NCBI GenBank assembly: GCA_963758715.1
Contig: CAVWWK010000006.1
Span: forward strand, 72,597 to 136,596
Length of the DNA stretch: 64,000 nt
From: an uncultured Actinomycetes bacterium
Lineage (GTDB): Bacteria; Actinomycetota; UBA4738; HRBIN12
Direction of reading: 5' to 3'
Below the pieces are notes generated by a model, which was given only the letters and a program-made list of their open reading frames with translations, made no database searches and was not told the DNA's origin. This document shows, piece by piece, positions 39,630-48,622 of the stretch. The position numbers were made by a program, and so were the translations under genes. Each line of letters begins with the position of its first letter. The first letter of the stretch is position 1.

Positions 39630-40424
39630 TCAGCTCACCGCTTCGAACCCGTACTCGGTGAGGGTAGCCTGACCCTCGGGACCCGTGAGGTACGCCACGA
39701 AGTCGGCCGCGAGCGTCGCGTTGGAGGCCCCCTTCACGACAGCGACGGGATAGGTGGCGATGACGTTGACCGCGTCGGGGATCTCGACGGCGTTGACCTC
39801 GTTCCCGGCCGCCGCGGAGATGTCGGACTCGTACACGATGGCCGCGTCACCCTCGCCAGCGACGATCTTGGCCACGACGCTGGCGTTGTCCTCCTCGTTG
39901 GACACCACGTTGTCTTCGGCCTCGGTCAGGATGCCCGCGTTGTCCAGCGCCTCGCGCGAGTAGTCGCCCACGGGCACGCCCTCGGCGGCAAGCACGAGCT
40001 GGACGCCGGGCTCGCCGAGGTCCTCGATCGAGCTCACGCCCGCAGGGTTGTCCGGGGGCGTGATGACGACCAGCCGGTTCTCGACGAAGTCGGTCCGGTC
40101 GCTGACCCCGGGGTCATCCTCCACCGCGTCCATCCAGGTCCCACTGGCGCTGGCGAACACGTCGGCCGTGCCCTCGCTCTGGATCTGTCCGGCCAGCGAG
40201 TCCGAAGCGCCGAAGTTGAAGATCACGGTCGTGCCTTCGTTTGCTGCCTCGAAGGCCGGCCCGATCTCGGTCTCGAAGGCATCCGTCAAGGACGAGGCCG
40301 CGAACACCGTGAGCTCGGTCTCGGCCGGTTCCGTAGCGTCCGCCGACCCGCTCTCGTCGTTGTCGGAGGAACAGGCGCCGAGCACGAGGCTGAAGGAACA
40401 GAGCGCGATCAACAGTCGTTTCAC
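39630..40424 (-). CDS. modA: Molybdate ABC transporter substrate-binding lipoprotein
   Basis: Lipobox MKRLLIALCSFSLVLGAC. ...LTVFAASSLTDAFE...VFASASG...PVAVVKGASN.... Confidence 0.9.
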   Translation of the reverse strand: MKRLLIALCSFSLVLGACSSDNDESGSADATEPAETELTVFAASSLTDAFETEIGPAFEAANEGTTVIFNFGASDSLAGQIQSEGTADVFASASGTWMDAVEDDPGVSDRTDFVENRLVVITPPDNPAGVSSIEDLGEPGVQLVLAAEGVPVGDYSREALDNAGILTEAEDNVVSNEEDNASVVAKIVAGEGDAAIVYESDISAAAGNEVNAVEIPDAVNVIATYPVAVVKGASNATLAADFVAYLTGPEGQATLTEYGFEAVS

Positions 40425-40590
40425 GATGCAGGCCCCCCGACGGATGAGGTGAGTAGCCTAGCGTTTACGTCAGCCCGATGCCAAGAGAAAGCTGGTGATG
40501 GACCAGTCTGAAGCTAAGGGTCATGCGTAGAGGACCGCCATCATCAAAGCCACGGACGTGATGATCGGCACGGACTGAACGCGGCTGGGT

Positions 40591-40989
40591 TCAATCCTCG
40601 GGCAGGTTCACCATGACGCTGGTGGCCTTCACGGCGGCCACAGCCTCCATGCCCGGTTCCAGGCCAAGCTGATCGGCCGCCTCCCGCGTGATGAACGCCA
40701 GGACTCTGTGGGGGCCGGCCTGGATCTCCACGGTGGCGGCCAGGCCGTCACGCTTGACCTCGGTGATCACGCCCGGGAAGCGGTTGCGGGCGCTCGCCGC
40801 GGCGATCGGCTCGTCGTTCCGCCGTTCGGACAGCAGCCGTGCCACTTCGGAAGCCGGCACGGTGCGCTGACCGCCGGCCGTTCGGTCGACGTGGAGCCTG
40901 CCCTCGCTCTCCCACCGTCGCAGCGTCTCGACCCGCACGCCTAACGCCTTCGCGGCCTCGCCGATCCGGTAGCTGTCTCGGCCGCTCAT
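40591..40989 (-). CDS. MerR/excisionase-type HTH fused to a TOBE (Mop) molybdate-binding domain; probable Mo-responsive regulator
   Basis: An inner ATG at 40989 (ATGA overlap with the MFS stop) gives MSGRDSYRIGEAAKALGVRVETLRRWESEGRL..., then SARNRFPGVITEVKRDGLAATVEIQAGPHRVLAFITREAADQLGLEPGMEAVAAVKATSV. Confidence 0.8.
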   Translation of the reverse strand: MSGRDSYRIGEAAKALGVRVETLRRWESEGRLHVDRTAGGQRTVPASEVARLLSERRNDEPIAAASARNRFPGVITEVKRDGLAATVEIQAGPHRVLAFITREAADQLGLEPGMEAVAAVKATSVMVNLPED

Positions 40990-42215
40990 GAAGTGGAGGG
41001 TACTCCCGCTCGATCGTCGAGCGTCAGGAACACGAGGACCGCGACCGTCATCCACGCCGCCAGCCACAGGAACGCCGCTCGCGGCGACACGGCGGTCCAC
41101 ATCACGCCCGCGATCACGCTTGCGAGCAGGTTGCCGGTGCTCTGCAGACCGGCGAGCAACCCGAAGGCCGAACCTCGTATCGGTTCAGGCGACCGAGCCG
41201 CCACCGCAGCAGTCTCTCCGGTCTCGGCGAACCCGATCCCGACGCCGGCGAGCACGAACGCGACACCCAACACGGGCACGCTCGCTCCCACGCCCGCGAA
41301 CGACGCATAGGCGGCCAAGGATGCGCCGGCTCCCACGAGGAGGGTGATCTTGGTTCCCCGTCGATCGCCGAGGTGACCTGCCGGCACGCTCGCGAGCGTG
41401 CCGGCAGCGTTGTAGGCCACGTACAACCAGATTCCGATTTGCGTCGCGGCGTCCTGGCCACGCCCGGGTTCGAGCAGCTCGGTCGCCCGCAGGATCAGCA
41501 GCGTCGCCGCGCAGTTGCCGAACTCGAACGCTCCCATCCCCAGGAACAGCCGGCTCATGCCGGCACGCAGCACCGGACGAACCTGCAGCCGGATCGGTCG
41601 CCGTTCCCGTGTCGTGGGCTTCCGCACGTGCCTGGCCGCGAAGTACATCGCCATCGCCGCGAGCAACCCCGGCACGATCGAGAGCAGGATCGCGGTGCGC
41701 ACACCGACCACGCTCACCAGCAAGAGGGCCAGCAGCGGCCCGGCGATCGCGCCCAGGTTGTCGGCCGCGCGCTCGAACCCGAACGCGCGGCCGTACGCCG
41801 ACGGATGCACCACGTCGGCCAGGATCGCGTTCCGGGAAGGACCACGGATCCCGCGCGCAGCCCAGGCGCCGGTTCGCAGCACGCCGACCTGCCACGCGCT
41901 CGTCGCCAGCCCCACCGCGCTCGAGAGCACTGCGGTGACGGTGTACCCGCCGACGGCCACCCGCTTGCGACGACGCGGGTCGTCGGCGAGAGCTCCGCCC
42001 GCCAGTTTGGCGACCCCCGCCGCACCGTCGGCGATGCCCTCGATCAGCCCCAAGGCCGACGCGGGTACGCCGATCGTTGCGGTCAGGAAGCTGGGCAGCA
42101 GCGAGGTCGGGATCTCGTGACCCGCGTCCGAGAAGAAGCTCGAGAGCCCGATCTCTCGGACGCCCGGCGTGAGCCAACGGTCGGTAGATCTCGAATCTCC
42201 AGGGGCGGTATCCAT
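40986..42215 (-). CDS. MFS transporter
   Basis: 409 aa, about 12 TM: ...GIADGAAGVAKLAGGALADDPRRRK...GFERAADNLGAIAGPLL.... Confidence 0.85.
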   Translation of the reverse strand: MDTAPGDSRSTDRWLTPGVREIGLSSFFSDAGHEIPTSLLPSFLTATIGVPASALGLIEGIADGAAGVAKLAGGALADDPRRRKRVAVGGYTVTAVLSSAVGLATSAWQVGVLRTGAWAARGIRGPSRNAILADVVHPSAYGRAFGFERAADNLGAIAGPLLALLLVSVVGVRTAILLSIVPGLLAAMAMYFAARHVRKPTTRERRPIRLQVRPVLRAGMSRLFLGMGAFEFGNCAATLLILRATELLEPGRGQDAATQIGIWLYVAYNAAGTLASVPAGHLGDRRGTKITLLVGAGASLAAYASFAGVGASVPVLGVAFVLAGVGIGFAETGETAAVAARSPEPIRGSAFGLLAGLQSTGNLLASVIAGVMWTAVSPRAAFLWLAAWMTVAVLVFLTLDDRAGVPSTS

Positions 42216-42237
42216 CCGGCGAGGGTAAGCCTCGTCT

Positions 42238-43218
42238 CTAGACGTTGAAGCGGATGTTCAGGATGTCGCCTTCGGCGACCGGGTAGTCCTTGCCTTCCTG
42301 TCGGAGCTTGCCGGCGGCCTTCGCGGCTTCCATCGATCCTGCGGCGACCAGCTCCTGGTAGGCGATCACCTCCGCGCGGATGAAGCCGCGCTCGAGGTCG
42401 CTATGGATCACGCCGGCCGCCTCGGGGGCCTTCGCACCCCGCCGAACCTCCCAGGCGCGGGTTTCGTCCTCGCCGGTCGTGAGGAACGTGATCAGATCCA
42501 GCGCCCGATAGCTCGCCGCGATCACGGTCGCCAGCCCCGGCTCGCTGACGCCGAACTCCTCGAGCAATGCCCGTGCCTCCTCGGCGTCCATCTCGGCGGT
42601 CTCCGCCTCGATCGAGGCGTACACGCCGACGGCTCCCACGTCGGCCAGCGCACGCGGCACCTCCAGCCCTTCCTCGAGGTTGGCGACCACGGCTTCCGGC
42701 TTCAGCGTCAGGGGAGCGATGCCTCGAAGAAGTGCCGAATCATCGTCCGACACCCCCGCATCGCGCAGCGCGGTCTCGTCGTCCAGCGCCTCCTTCGCGA
42801 GCCGTAAGGCGTCGACCTCCGGTCCCGGCTTCACCCGAGCCTTCTTCTCCGCCTTCTGCAGCGCGCTCTCGATCACAACGAGGTCTGCGAGCAATAGCTC
42901 GGCGCGGACGGTCGAGAGCTCGTCGAGCGGCGAGGCATCGGACCCGAAGCACCGCAGCACGACCGCCAGTGCATCCACCTCGCGCAGCTTCGCGAGCCCC
43001 TGCGCGCTGGAAACGCCTCCGGGCACGTCGACGAACCTCACCTGGGCGGCCACGGTCTTGGCCGAGGACTCCATGTCGGTGAGCACCTGCAAGCGAGGAT
43101 CGGGCACGGGCACGACGGCGACGTTGGCCTGGCCGCCGTGGGAGCCGGCCCGGGTCAACGCCGTGAACAACGTGCTCTTGCCGCTGAACGGCACCCCGAC
43201 GAGTCCCACGTCCTTCAC
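42238..43218 (-). CDS. ychF: YchF/Obg-like ATPase (divergent P-loop, canonical YchF C-terminal domain)
   Basis: GTG 43218 gives VKDVGLVGVPFSGKSTLFTALT.... C-terminus: IHSDLERGFIRAEVIAYQELVAAGSMEAAKAAGKLRQEGKDYPVAEGDILNIRFNV. The track ORF extends upstream to 43482 with no homology-like sequence. Confidence 0.85.
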   Translation of the reverse strand: MKDVGLVGVPFSGKSTLFTALTRAGSHGGQANVAVVPVPDPRLQVLTDMESSAKTVAAQVRFVDVPGGVSSAQGLAKLREVDALAVVLRCFGSDASPLDELSTVRAELLLADLVVIESALQKAEKKARVKPGPEVDALRLAKEALDDETALRDAGVSDDDSALLRGIAPLTLKPEAVVANLEEGLEVPRALADVGAVGVYASIEAETAEMDAEEARALLEEFGVSEPGLATVIAASYRALDLITFLTTGEDETRAWEVRRGAKAPEAAGVIHSDLERGFIRAEVIAYQELVAAGSMEAAKAAGKLRQEGKDYPVAEGDILNIRFNV

Positions 43219-43595
43219 GGTGCGCGAGCCTAGCAGGGGCCGTTCGGCCGCCTGCCTCGGCCGACGGCGCGCCGCCCACCCCACCGTTCGTCCACCCTGG
43301 CTCGGCCGTTCGTCCCACAGGTCGAGCCCTTCGACGGGTGCGCGCTCACCCCGCCCGGTGCCGATGCATCCTTCGAGACCGGGCGGGGTGGGGTGCCGCC
43401 AGACCCACTCCACCTCGCCAGGTCCGTCTCGCGCGAACGCGCTCGAACGAGCAGCGAGAGGGGGATCGCGCCATCGGCGCATCGTCCCGGTGGGTGAGGG
43501 ATCCGACGGCCTCTCCCACCGGGCTCTTCGCGAGGTACGCGAGAGGCCGGGCCCCGTTGGGGTCCGACGAGGATGGGGCAGGTCTGGTGGACGAC

Positions 43596-43626
43596 GAAGC
43601 CCGGGGCACCTGGCGCCCCGGGCTTC
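43596..43626 (-). terminator. GC-rich hairpin 54 nt downstream of sodN (candidate terminator)
   Basis: GAAGCCCGGGG-(9 nt)-CCCCGGGCTTC forms a perfect 11-bp stem. Confidence 0.5.
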
Positions 43627-43679
43627 GGTTCAGTGTCGGAGCCAGGGCGAGCGGCTCGAAGCGCGCAAGCGGATCTCGC

Positions 43680-44072
43680 TCAGGACTTGGTCTCCCAGAA
43701 GACCTTGCCCAGATCGTCGACTGCATCCAGCAGCTGCTGACCCTGCGCCGGGTCCTGTGACCTCTTCGAATCGCCGGCCAGCTTGGTGGCCTTCCAGAAC
43801 TTGTCGTGCAGGTCCGGGAACTTCTCGACGTGCTCGGGCTTGAAGTAGTCGGTCCACAGCACCCACAGATGATGCTTGACCAGGTCGGCGCGTTCTTCCT
43901 TGATCGAGACGGCGCGCTCCTTGAACACGGGGTCGTCGCTGCCCTGATACTTCTCCTGACAGGCCTTGACCGACTCCGCTTCGATGCGGGCCTGCGCGGG
44001 GTCGTAGACGCCGCACGGCAGGTCGCAGTGGGCGTGGACGGTGCGGCTTGGCTTGAGGAATGCTTCGAACAT
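43680..44072 (-). CDS. sodN: Nickel superoxide dismutase precursor
   Basis: MFEAFLKPSRTVHA/HCDLPCGVYDPAQARIEAES... The Ni-hook HCDLPCG follows a 14-aa leader. Confidence 0.95.
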   Translation of the reverse strand: MFEAFLKPSRTVHAHCDLPCGVYDPAQARIEAESVKACQEKYQGSDDPVFKERAVSIKEERADLVKHHLWVLWTDYFKPEHVEKFPDLHDKFWKATKLAGDSKRSQDPAQGQQLLDAVDDLGKVFWETKS

Positions 44073-44157
44073 GGAAACGCCTCCTTCGTCCGATGACCGT
44101 TCCCTCGGCCTGGGACCGGAAACCTATCACCGCGGTCGGCGAGCGTTCTCCGGCCTC

Positions 44158-44546
44158 GTGGCTGGGGTCGCCGTGGCCGCCGGCCTGGCGGTCGCGTGCG
44201 TGCGCTGGAAGCCGTCGCGGGTGCGGATCGAGGGTGGGCGATGGCCCCCGCGCTGGCCCCCGGTGACTGGGCGCTGGTCGCGACGCGCAGGGGATACCGG
44301 CGCGGCGACGTGGTCGTCGTCGAGCACCCGTCGCGCCCCGGCTACGAGATGGTGAAGCGCGTGACGGCCGTGCCCGGCGAACGCGTCGGTGAGCGGGTGA
44401 TGGCCGCGGACGAGTTCTGGGTCCAGGGAGACTTCGAGGCCGCGTCGACCGACAGCCGCCAGTTCGGCCCCGTCATCCGTGACGCGCTCAAGGCGAAGGT
44501 CCTGCTCGTGTACTGGCCGAAGGATCGTCGAGCGCTGGTTCGGTAG
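44158..44546 (+). CDS. sodX: Ni-SOD maturation protease SodX (S26 signal-peptidase family), with one frame break at ~44236; start uncertain
   Basis: Frame 1: ...GLVAGVAVAAGLAVACVRWKPSRVRIEGG. It shifts to MAPALAPGDWALVATRRGYRRGDVVVVEHPSRPGYEMVKRVTAVPGERV...FWVQGDFEAASTDSRQFGPV (track 44196..44546). Divergent from sodN. Confidence 0.8.
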
Positions 44547-44609
44547 CCGGCCGAAACTGCCGATGCCACATAGCATCGGTCCCAGGCATCATCGAAGGAG
44601 CCTCCCGCC

Positions 44610-45430
44610 GTGCAGCCGCTTCCCCCACACATCCCGCCCGGCCCGACCGCGCGCGCTCGGGCGCCCCTGCCCCCGTGGCCACCGTGGAGCCGGCGCTGGA
44701 GCCGGCGCCGGTCGCCGGCGGTTCCGGCCGCGGTGGGCTCGGCGTCGCCACCGTCGTGCTCCATGGTCGCCGCGCTGCTGGTCTCGGTCCTGGATCGTCC
44801 GCGACGACCGCCGACCACGCCGAGGCACGGTTCCTGGCCCGGGACTTCTCGGGCGACCCGGTCCGCTGGAACCCGTGCGACCCGATCCACTACGTGGCTG
44901 AACCTGACCGAGGCCCCGCCGGATCGATCGAGGACGTGCAAGAAGCGGTGCGGCGAACCTCCGTCAGGCCACCGGCATCCCGTTCGCCTACGACGGCGCG
45001 ACGGATGAGATGCCGACAGAACGCCGCAACGCCTATCAGCCGGGGCGCTACGGGGACGTCTGGGCGCCGGTGCTGATCGCGTGGGTCGATCCCGACGAGT
45101 CGAGCATCGAGTTCTCGACCGAGGGGCATACCGCTGCCGGCGTCGCGGCCCCGCTCGTGTCCTCCGCGGGCTCGGACATCTTGGTGAGCGGGTGGATCGC
45201 GGTGAACGCCGACGACCCCAACGATCCCGGGTTCGACTCGATCGACGATCAGGGGCCCGTGGTGCTCCACGAGTCGGTCACGTGGTGGGACTCGACCACG
45301 TGGAGACGAACGGAGAGCTGATGGAGACGATCGGGAGGGGGTGTGACCGACTTCGGTCCAGGCGATCTGGGAAGGACTGCGACGGCTCGGCCTGTCCTCG
45401 GGCTGCGTCACGACGCCGGATCCCGGCTAG
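44610..45430 (+). pseudogene. Metzincin (matrixin-like) zinc metallopeptidase, needing at least 6 frame changes; 5' boundary approximate
   Basis: Pieces are spread over three frames: GDPVRWNPCDPIHYV / [13 protein letters not shown] / [42 protein letters not shown]...[10 protein letters not shown] / [16 protein letters not shown] / VTDFGPGDL / EGLRRLGLSSGCVTTPDPG*. Adding one base gives [11 protein letters not shown], the HExxHxxGxxH motif. Confidence 0.65.
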
Positions 45431-45585
45431 ACTGTTGCACCTGCAAATGATCTGCACACGCGCAGCCGGCATCGTGGGGGCGATGATCCCCGACCGCATC
45501 TGCTGTCCGCGCGTGACCGGGAGCGGATCTCACCGCTCCCGCTCCATCGTCCTCCTCCGCGCACCGCTCCGTCAGGAGGTTCCAC

Positions 45586-45823
45586 GTGTCCACGACAGTC
45601 ACCACAACCGTCGATGCTCGCGGCCAGGCATGCCCGGGCCCGCTCGTGACACTGGCCAAGGCGCTGCTGGATGCGCGAGCCGGGCGATCTGTTCGAGCTG
45701 CTCGGCCACCGATCCCGGTTCGAAGTCCGACGTGCCCAGCTGGGCCGAGATCAGCGGCAACGAGCTGCTCGAGTCGGACGAGACCCTCCGGGCCAGTTCC
45801 GCTACTTCATCCGGAAGGTGTGA
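45586..45823 (+). CDS. TusA/SirA-family sulfur carrier, with two frame breaks (~45680, ~45795)
   Basis: MSTTVTTTVDARGQACPGPLVTLAKALLDA (CPxP motif) / GDLFELLATDPGSKSDVPSWAEISGNELLESDET / GQFRYFIRKV*. SD CAGGAGG precedes GTG 45586. Confidence 0.7.
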
Positions 45824-45829
45824 GCCGGC

Positions 45830-46442
45830 ATGGCACCGACGGAGAGCCTGGGCGCCGAACGGCTGGGCTGATCTCGGCGCGCAGGATCACATCGACGCGC
45901 CAACCTACGCCGAGCTCCTGGCGCGTGTGGAGGCACTGGAGGCCGCGCAGCGAGGGCAGGTCAAGAAGAAGAACAAGCTGACGATCATCGCCTGGGGCGG
46001 CGACCTCGATCGCATCTGGCCCACCACGATCCTGGCCACCACCGCCGCCGCGAGCGGCATGGAGTCGAGCGTGTTCTTCACCTTCTGGGGGCTGTTCGCC
46101 ATCGTGAAGCCCGGCGTGCGCATCACGGGCGACAACTGGATGCAGAAGATGATGAGCGCGATGAACCCCGGCTCCGCGCAGAAGGCGAAGCTCTCGCGCT
46201 ACCACTTCGCCGGCGCGGGCCCAACGATGTTCAAGAAGCTGGCCGACGACCAACGGGTGGCCAAGCCGGAGGAGCTGATGAGGACCGCCCAGGAGCTGGG
46301 CGTCCGGCTGATCCCGTGCCAGATGACGATGGACCTCCTCGGGCTGAAGTCCGAGGACCTGCTCGACGGGCTGGAGGAGCCGATCGGTGCCGCTACCGCG
46401 ATCGCCGAGATGCGCGACGCGGCCGTCTCGCTGTTCATCTGA
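45830..46442 (+). CDS. DsrE/DsrF-like sulfur-relay family protein, with one frame break near 45865
   Basis: MAPTESLGAERLG / ADLGAQDHIDAPTYAELLARVEALEAAQRGQVKKKNKLTIIAWGGDLDRIWPTTILATTAAASGMESSVFFTFWGLFAI...LIPCQMTMDLLGL.... Confidence 0.7.
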
Positions 46443-46462
46443 GGCGGGGTACGCTCGCCGGC

Positions 46463-47839
46463 GTGTCTGAGGATCCGGCCGGAGCGTCGCACGGTGTTCC
46501 CTTCCGCGACGCCGCTCGCTTCTGGGTGAAGCTCGGGTTCATCAACTTCGGCGGGCCCGCCGGGCAGATCGCGCTGATGCACGAGGAGATCGTCGACAAG
46601 CGCCGATGGGTCTCGGCCGGACGGTTCCTCCACGCCCTGAACTTCTGCATGCTGCTGCCCGGGCCCGAGGCGACGCAGCTGGCCATCTACGTCGGCTGGT
46701 TGCTCCACCGGGTCAAGGGCGGACTGGTCGCGGGCGTGACGTTCGTGCTGCCGAGCGTCTTCGTCATGTTCGGCCTCTCGTGGCTGTTCGCCGCGAAGGG
46801 GGACGTGTCATGGGTCAGCGCGATCTTCGGCGGGATCGCGCCGGCCGTGATCGCGATCGTGGCCGCCGCGACGATCCGCATCGGCGGCAGGGCCCTGGCC
46901 AACGGCCTGATGCTCGCGGTGGCGATCGCCGCGTTCGTGGCGATCTTCGTCGTGCACGTGCCGTTCCCCTTGATCGTCGTGGGCGCCGTGGCGATCGGTC
47001 TCGTCGGCTCGACGGTCCGGCCGGGAACGTTCGACGTCGGCGTCGCGCTCGAGCTCGAAGAGCAGGAACGGATCGCGTTGCGTGACGATGCTCCGAGACC
47101 CGCACACACGGTGCCGTCGAACGCTCGCGCCGCGCGCACCCTGGTCATCGGGTCGCTCGTCTGGCTCGTGCCGATCGCGCTCATCGCCTGGTGGCGTGGA
47201 GATGGCGACACGCTCACCGAGATGGGCTGGTTCTTCTCGCGCGCCTCGCTCGTGACCTTCGGTGGCGCCTACGCGGTGCTGGCGTACGTGAACGTCGCGG
47301 CGGTCTCGACGTACGGATGGCTGTTGCCGGGGCAGATGGTCGTGGGCCTCGGCCTCGCCGAGAGCACGCCCGGGCCGTTGATCATGGTCCTGGAGTTCGT
47401 CGGGTTCGTCGGGGCCTACCAGAATCCCGGCGGCCTCGATCCGCTCGTGGCGGGCACGCTGGGGGCGTTCGTCGCGGTGTGGGCGACGTTCGCGCCCTGC
47501 TTCCTGTGGATCTTCATCGGGGCGCCGTACATCGAGAGCCTGCGGGGGAACCGCCGTCTCGCGGCCGCCCTGCAGACCGTGACGGCGGCGGTCGTCGGTG
47601 TGATCGCCAACCTCGCCGTGACGTTCGCCATCGCGACCCTGTTCGACGAAGTGGAGGGAGCGCGTCTCCTCGGGGTGTTCGACGTGCCCGCGCCGGTGTG
47701 GGCGAGCATCGACGTGTTCGCGGCGATCGTCGCGGCGATCGCGTTCGTCGGCCTCTGGCGCCTGGGATGGAGGGTATTGCCCGTCATCGCGGCGAGCGCC
47801 TCGGCGGGTCTTCTCTGGTACGGGCTCCTGGGGAACTGA
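46463..47839 (+). CDS. chrA: Chromate transporter ChrA (two-domain long form)
   Basis: GTG 46463: ...FWVKLGFINFGGPAGQIALMHEEIVDKRRWVSAGRFLHALNFCMLLPGPEATQLAIYVGW.... Second repeat: ...FSRASLVTFGGAYAVLAYV...GLGLAESTPGPLIMVLEFVGF. Confidence 0.88.
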   Translation: MSEDPAGASHGVPFRDAARFWVKLGFINFGGPAGQIALMHEEIVDKRRWVSAGRFLHALNFCMLLPGPEATQLAIYVGWLLHRVKGGLVAGVTFVLPSVFVMFGLSWLFAAKGDVSWVSAIFGGIAPAVIAIVAAATIRIGGRALANGLMLAVAIAAFVAIFVVHVPFPLIVVGAVAIGLVGSTVRPGTFDVGVALELEEQERIALRDDAPRPAHTVPSNARAARTLVIGSLVWLVPIALIAWWRGDGDTLTEMGWFFSRASLVTFGGAYAVLAYVNVAAVSTYGWLLPGQMVVGLGLAESTPGPLIMVLEFVGFVGAYQNPGGLDPLVAGTLGAFVAVWATFAPCFLWIFIGAPYIESLRGNRRLAAALQTVTAAVVGVIANLAVTFAIATLFDEVEGARLLGVFDVPAPVWASIDVFAAIVAAIAFVGLWRLGWRVLPVIAASASAGLLWYGLLGN

Positions 47840-47843
47840 TGAT

Positions 47844-48575
47844 TCAAGCGCGGCGCGCCCGGATGTTCAGGCGCACGTAGTCGATCACCCGATCGGGCAT
47901 CCTCGTCGCGACCTCGTGGACGAACGCGCGCCGCTGTTCCCGCGTCATCCCCTCGACGTGGTCTCCGAGACAGATCGCTTCCAAGTACGGCTCCAGATCG
48001 CCGTCGGCCAGCGTCGTCGGTTCCTGATGCAGCCACGTCTGCACGTCGATGAATCCCGCAGCCTCCAGTCGTTGCCGGGTCGCCTCGGGGCTTGCGAAGA
48101 GCTTGTGGCCCTGGAAGTCCTCGCCCATGGCTCGCAGCGCCGCCTCGACCGACGCGATGTTGCCCACTCCTCCGCATTGTGCCGCGAGCTGGCCTCCCGG
48201 TCGCAGGACGGCAGCCAGGTTCGCGAACAACCTGTCGTGATCGAGGATCCAATGGAAGGTGGCCGTGGACAGGATCGCGTCGACGGGCGGAAGGACTGGG
48301 AGAGGCGCAAGCAGGTCGGCCACCACGAACTCGACCCGATCCTCGCCCAGCCGGGACCGCGCCTGCTCGATCATCGACGACGAACCGTCGAGGGCGATCA
48401 CCGCGCCTTCCGGCAACCGGTCGCGGAGCATCACGGTCACCTTCCCGGTGCCGCACCCGGCGTCAAGGACCCGCTCGTCACCTCGGAGCTCGAGCCATCC
48501 GAGCACCGTGGTGCCCCACTCGGTCATGGGGACGGGCAAGCGGTCATAGGCGGCGGCGTCCCAGTCGCGAGGCAT
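47844..48575 (-). CDS. Class I SAM-dependent methyltransferase
   Basis: ...RVLDAGCGTGKVTVMLRDRLPEGAVIALDGSSSMIEQA...VDAILSTATFHWI...LRPGGQL. Confidence 0.85.
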   Translation of the reverse strand: MPRDWDAAAYDRLPVPMTEWGTTVLGWLELRGDERVLDAGCGTGKVTVMLRDRLPEGAVIALDGSSSMIEQARSRLGEDRVEFVVADLLAPLPVLPPVDAILSTATFHWILDHDRLFANLAAVLRPGGQLAAQCGGVGNIASVEAALRAMGEDFQGHKLFASPEATRQRLEAAGFIDVQTWLHQEPTTLADGDLEPYLEAICLGDHVEGMTREQRRAFVHEVATRMPDRVIDYVRLNIRARRA

Positions 48576-48622
48576 GGCCCGAGGCTACCGGCCGTCGCGA
48601 CCTCTCACCGTCGACAGGCCGA

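Noticed and set aside
40425-40590. Molybdenum-cofactor riboswitch in front of modA
   Set aside because: I could recognise no conserved Moco-motif elements. The presence of a dedicated HTH/TOBE regulator makes protein-based control more likely.
43219-43482. N-terminal extension of ychF
   Set aside because: YchF homologs start at the P-loop (VKDVGLVGVPFSGKST), and the upstream 88 codons have no similarity and weaker GC3 bias.
44071-44157. ATG at 44071 as the sodX start
   Set aside because: It would overlap the sodN start codon on the opposite strand and leave no room for either promoter. In-frame GTG 44158 just before the hydrophobic segment is more plausible, though unproven.
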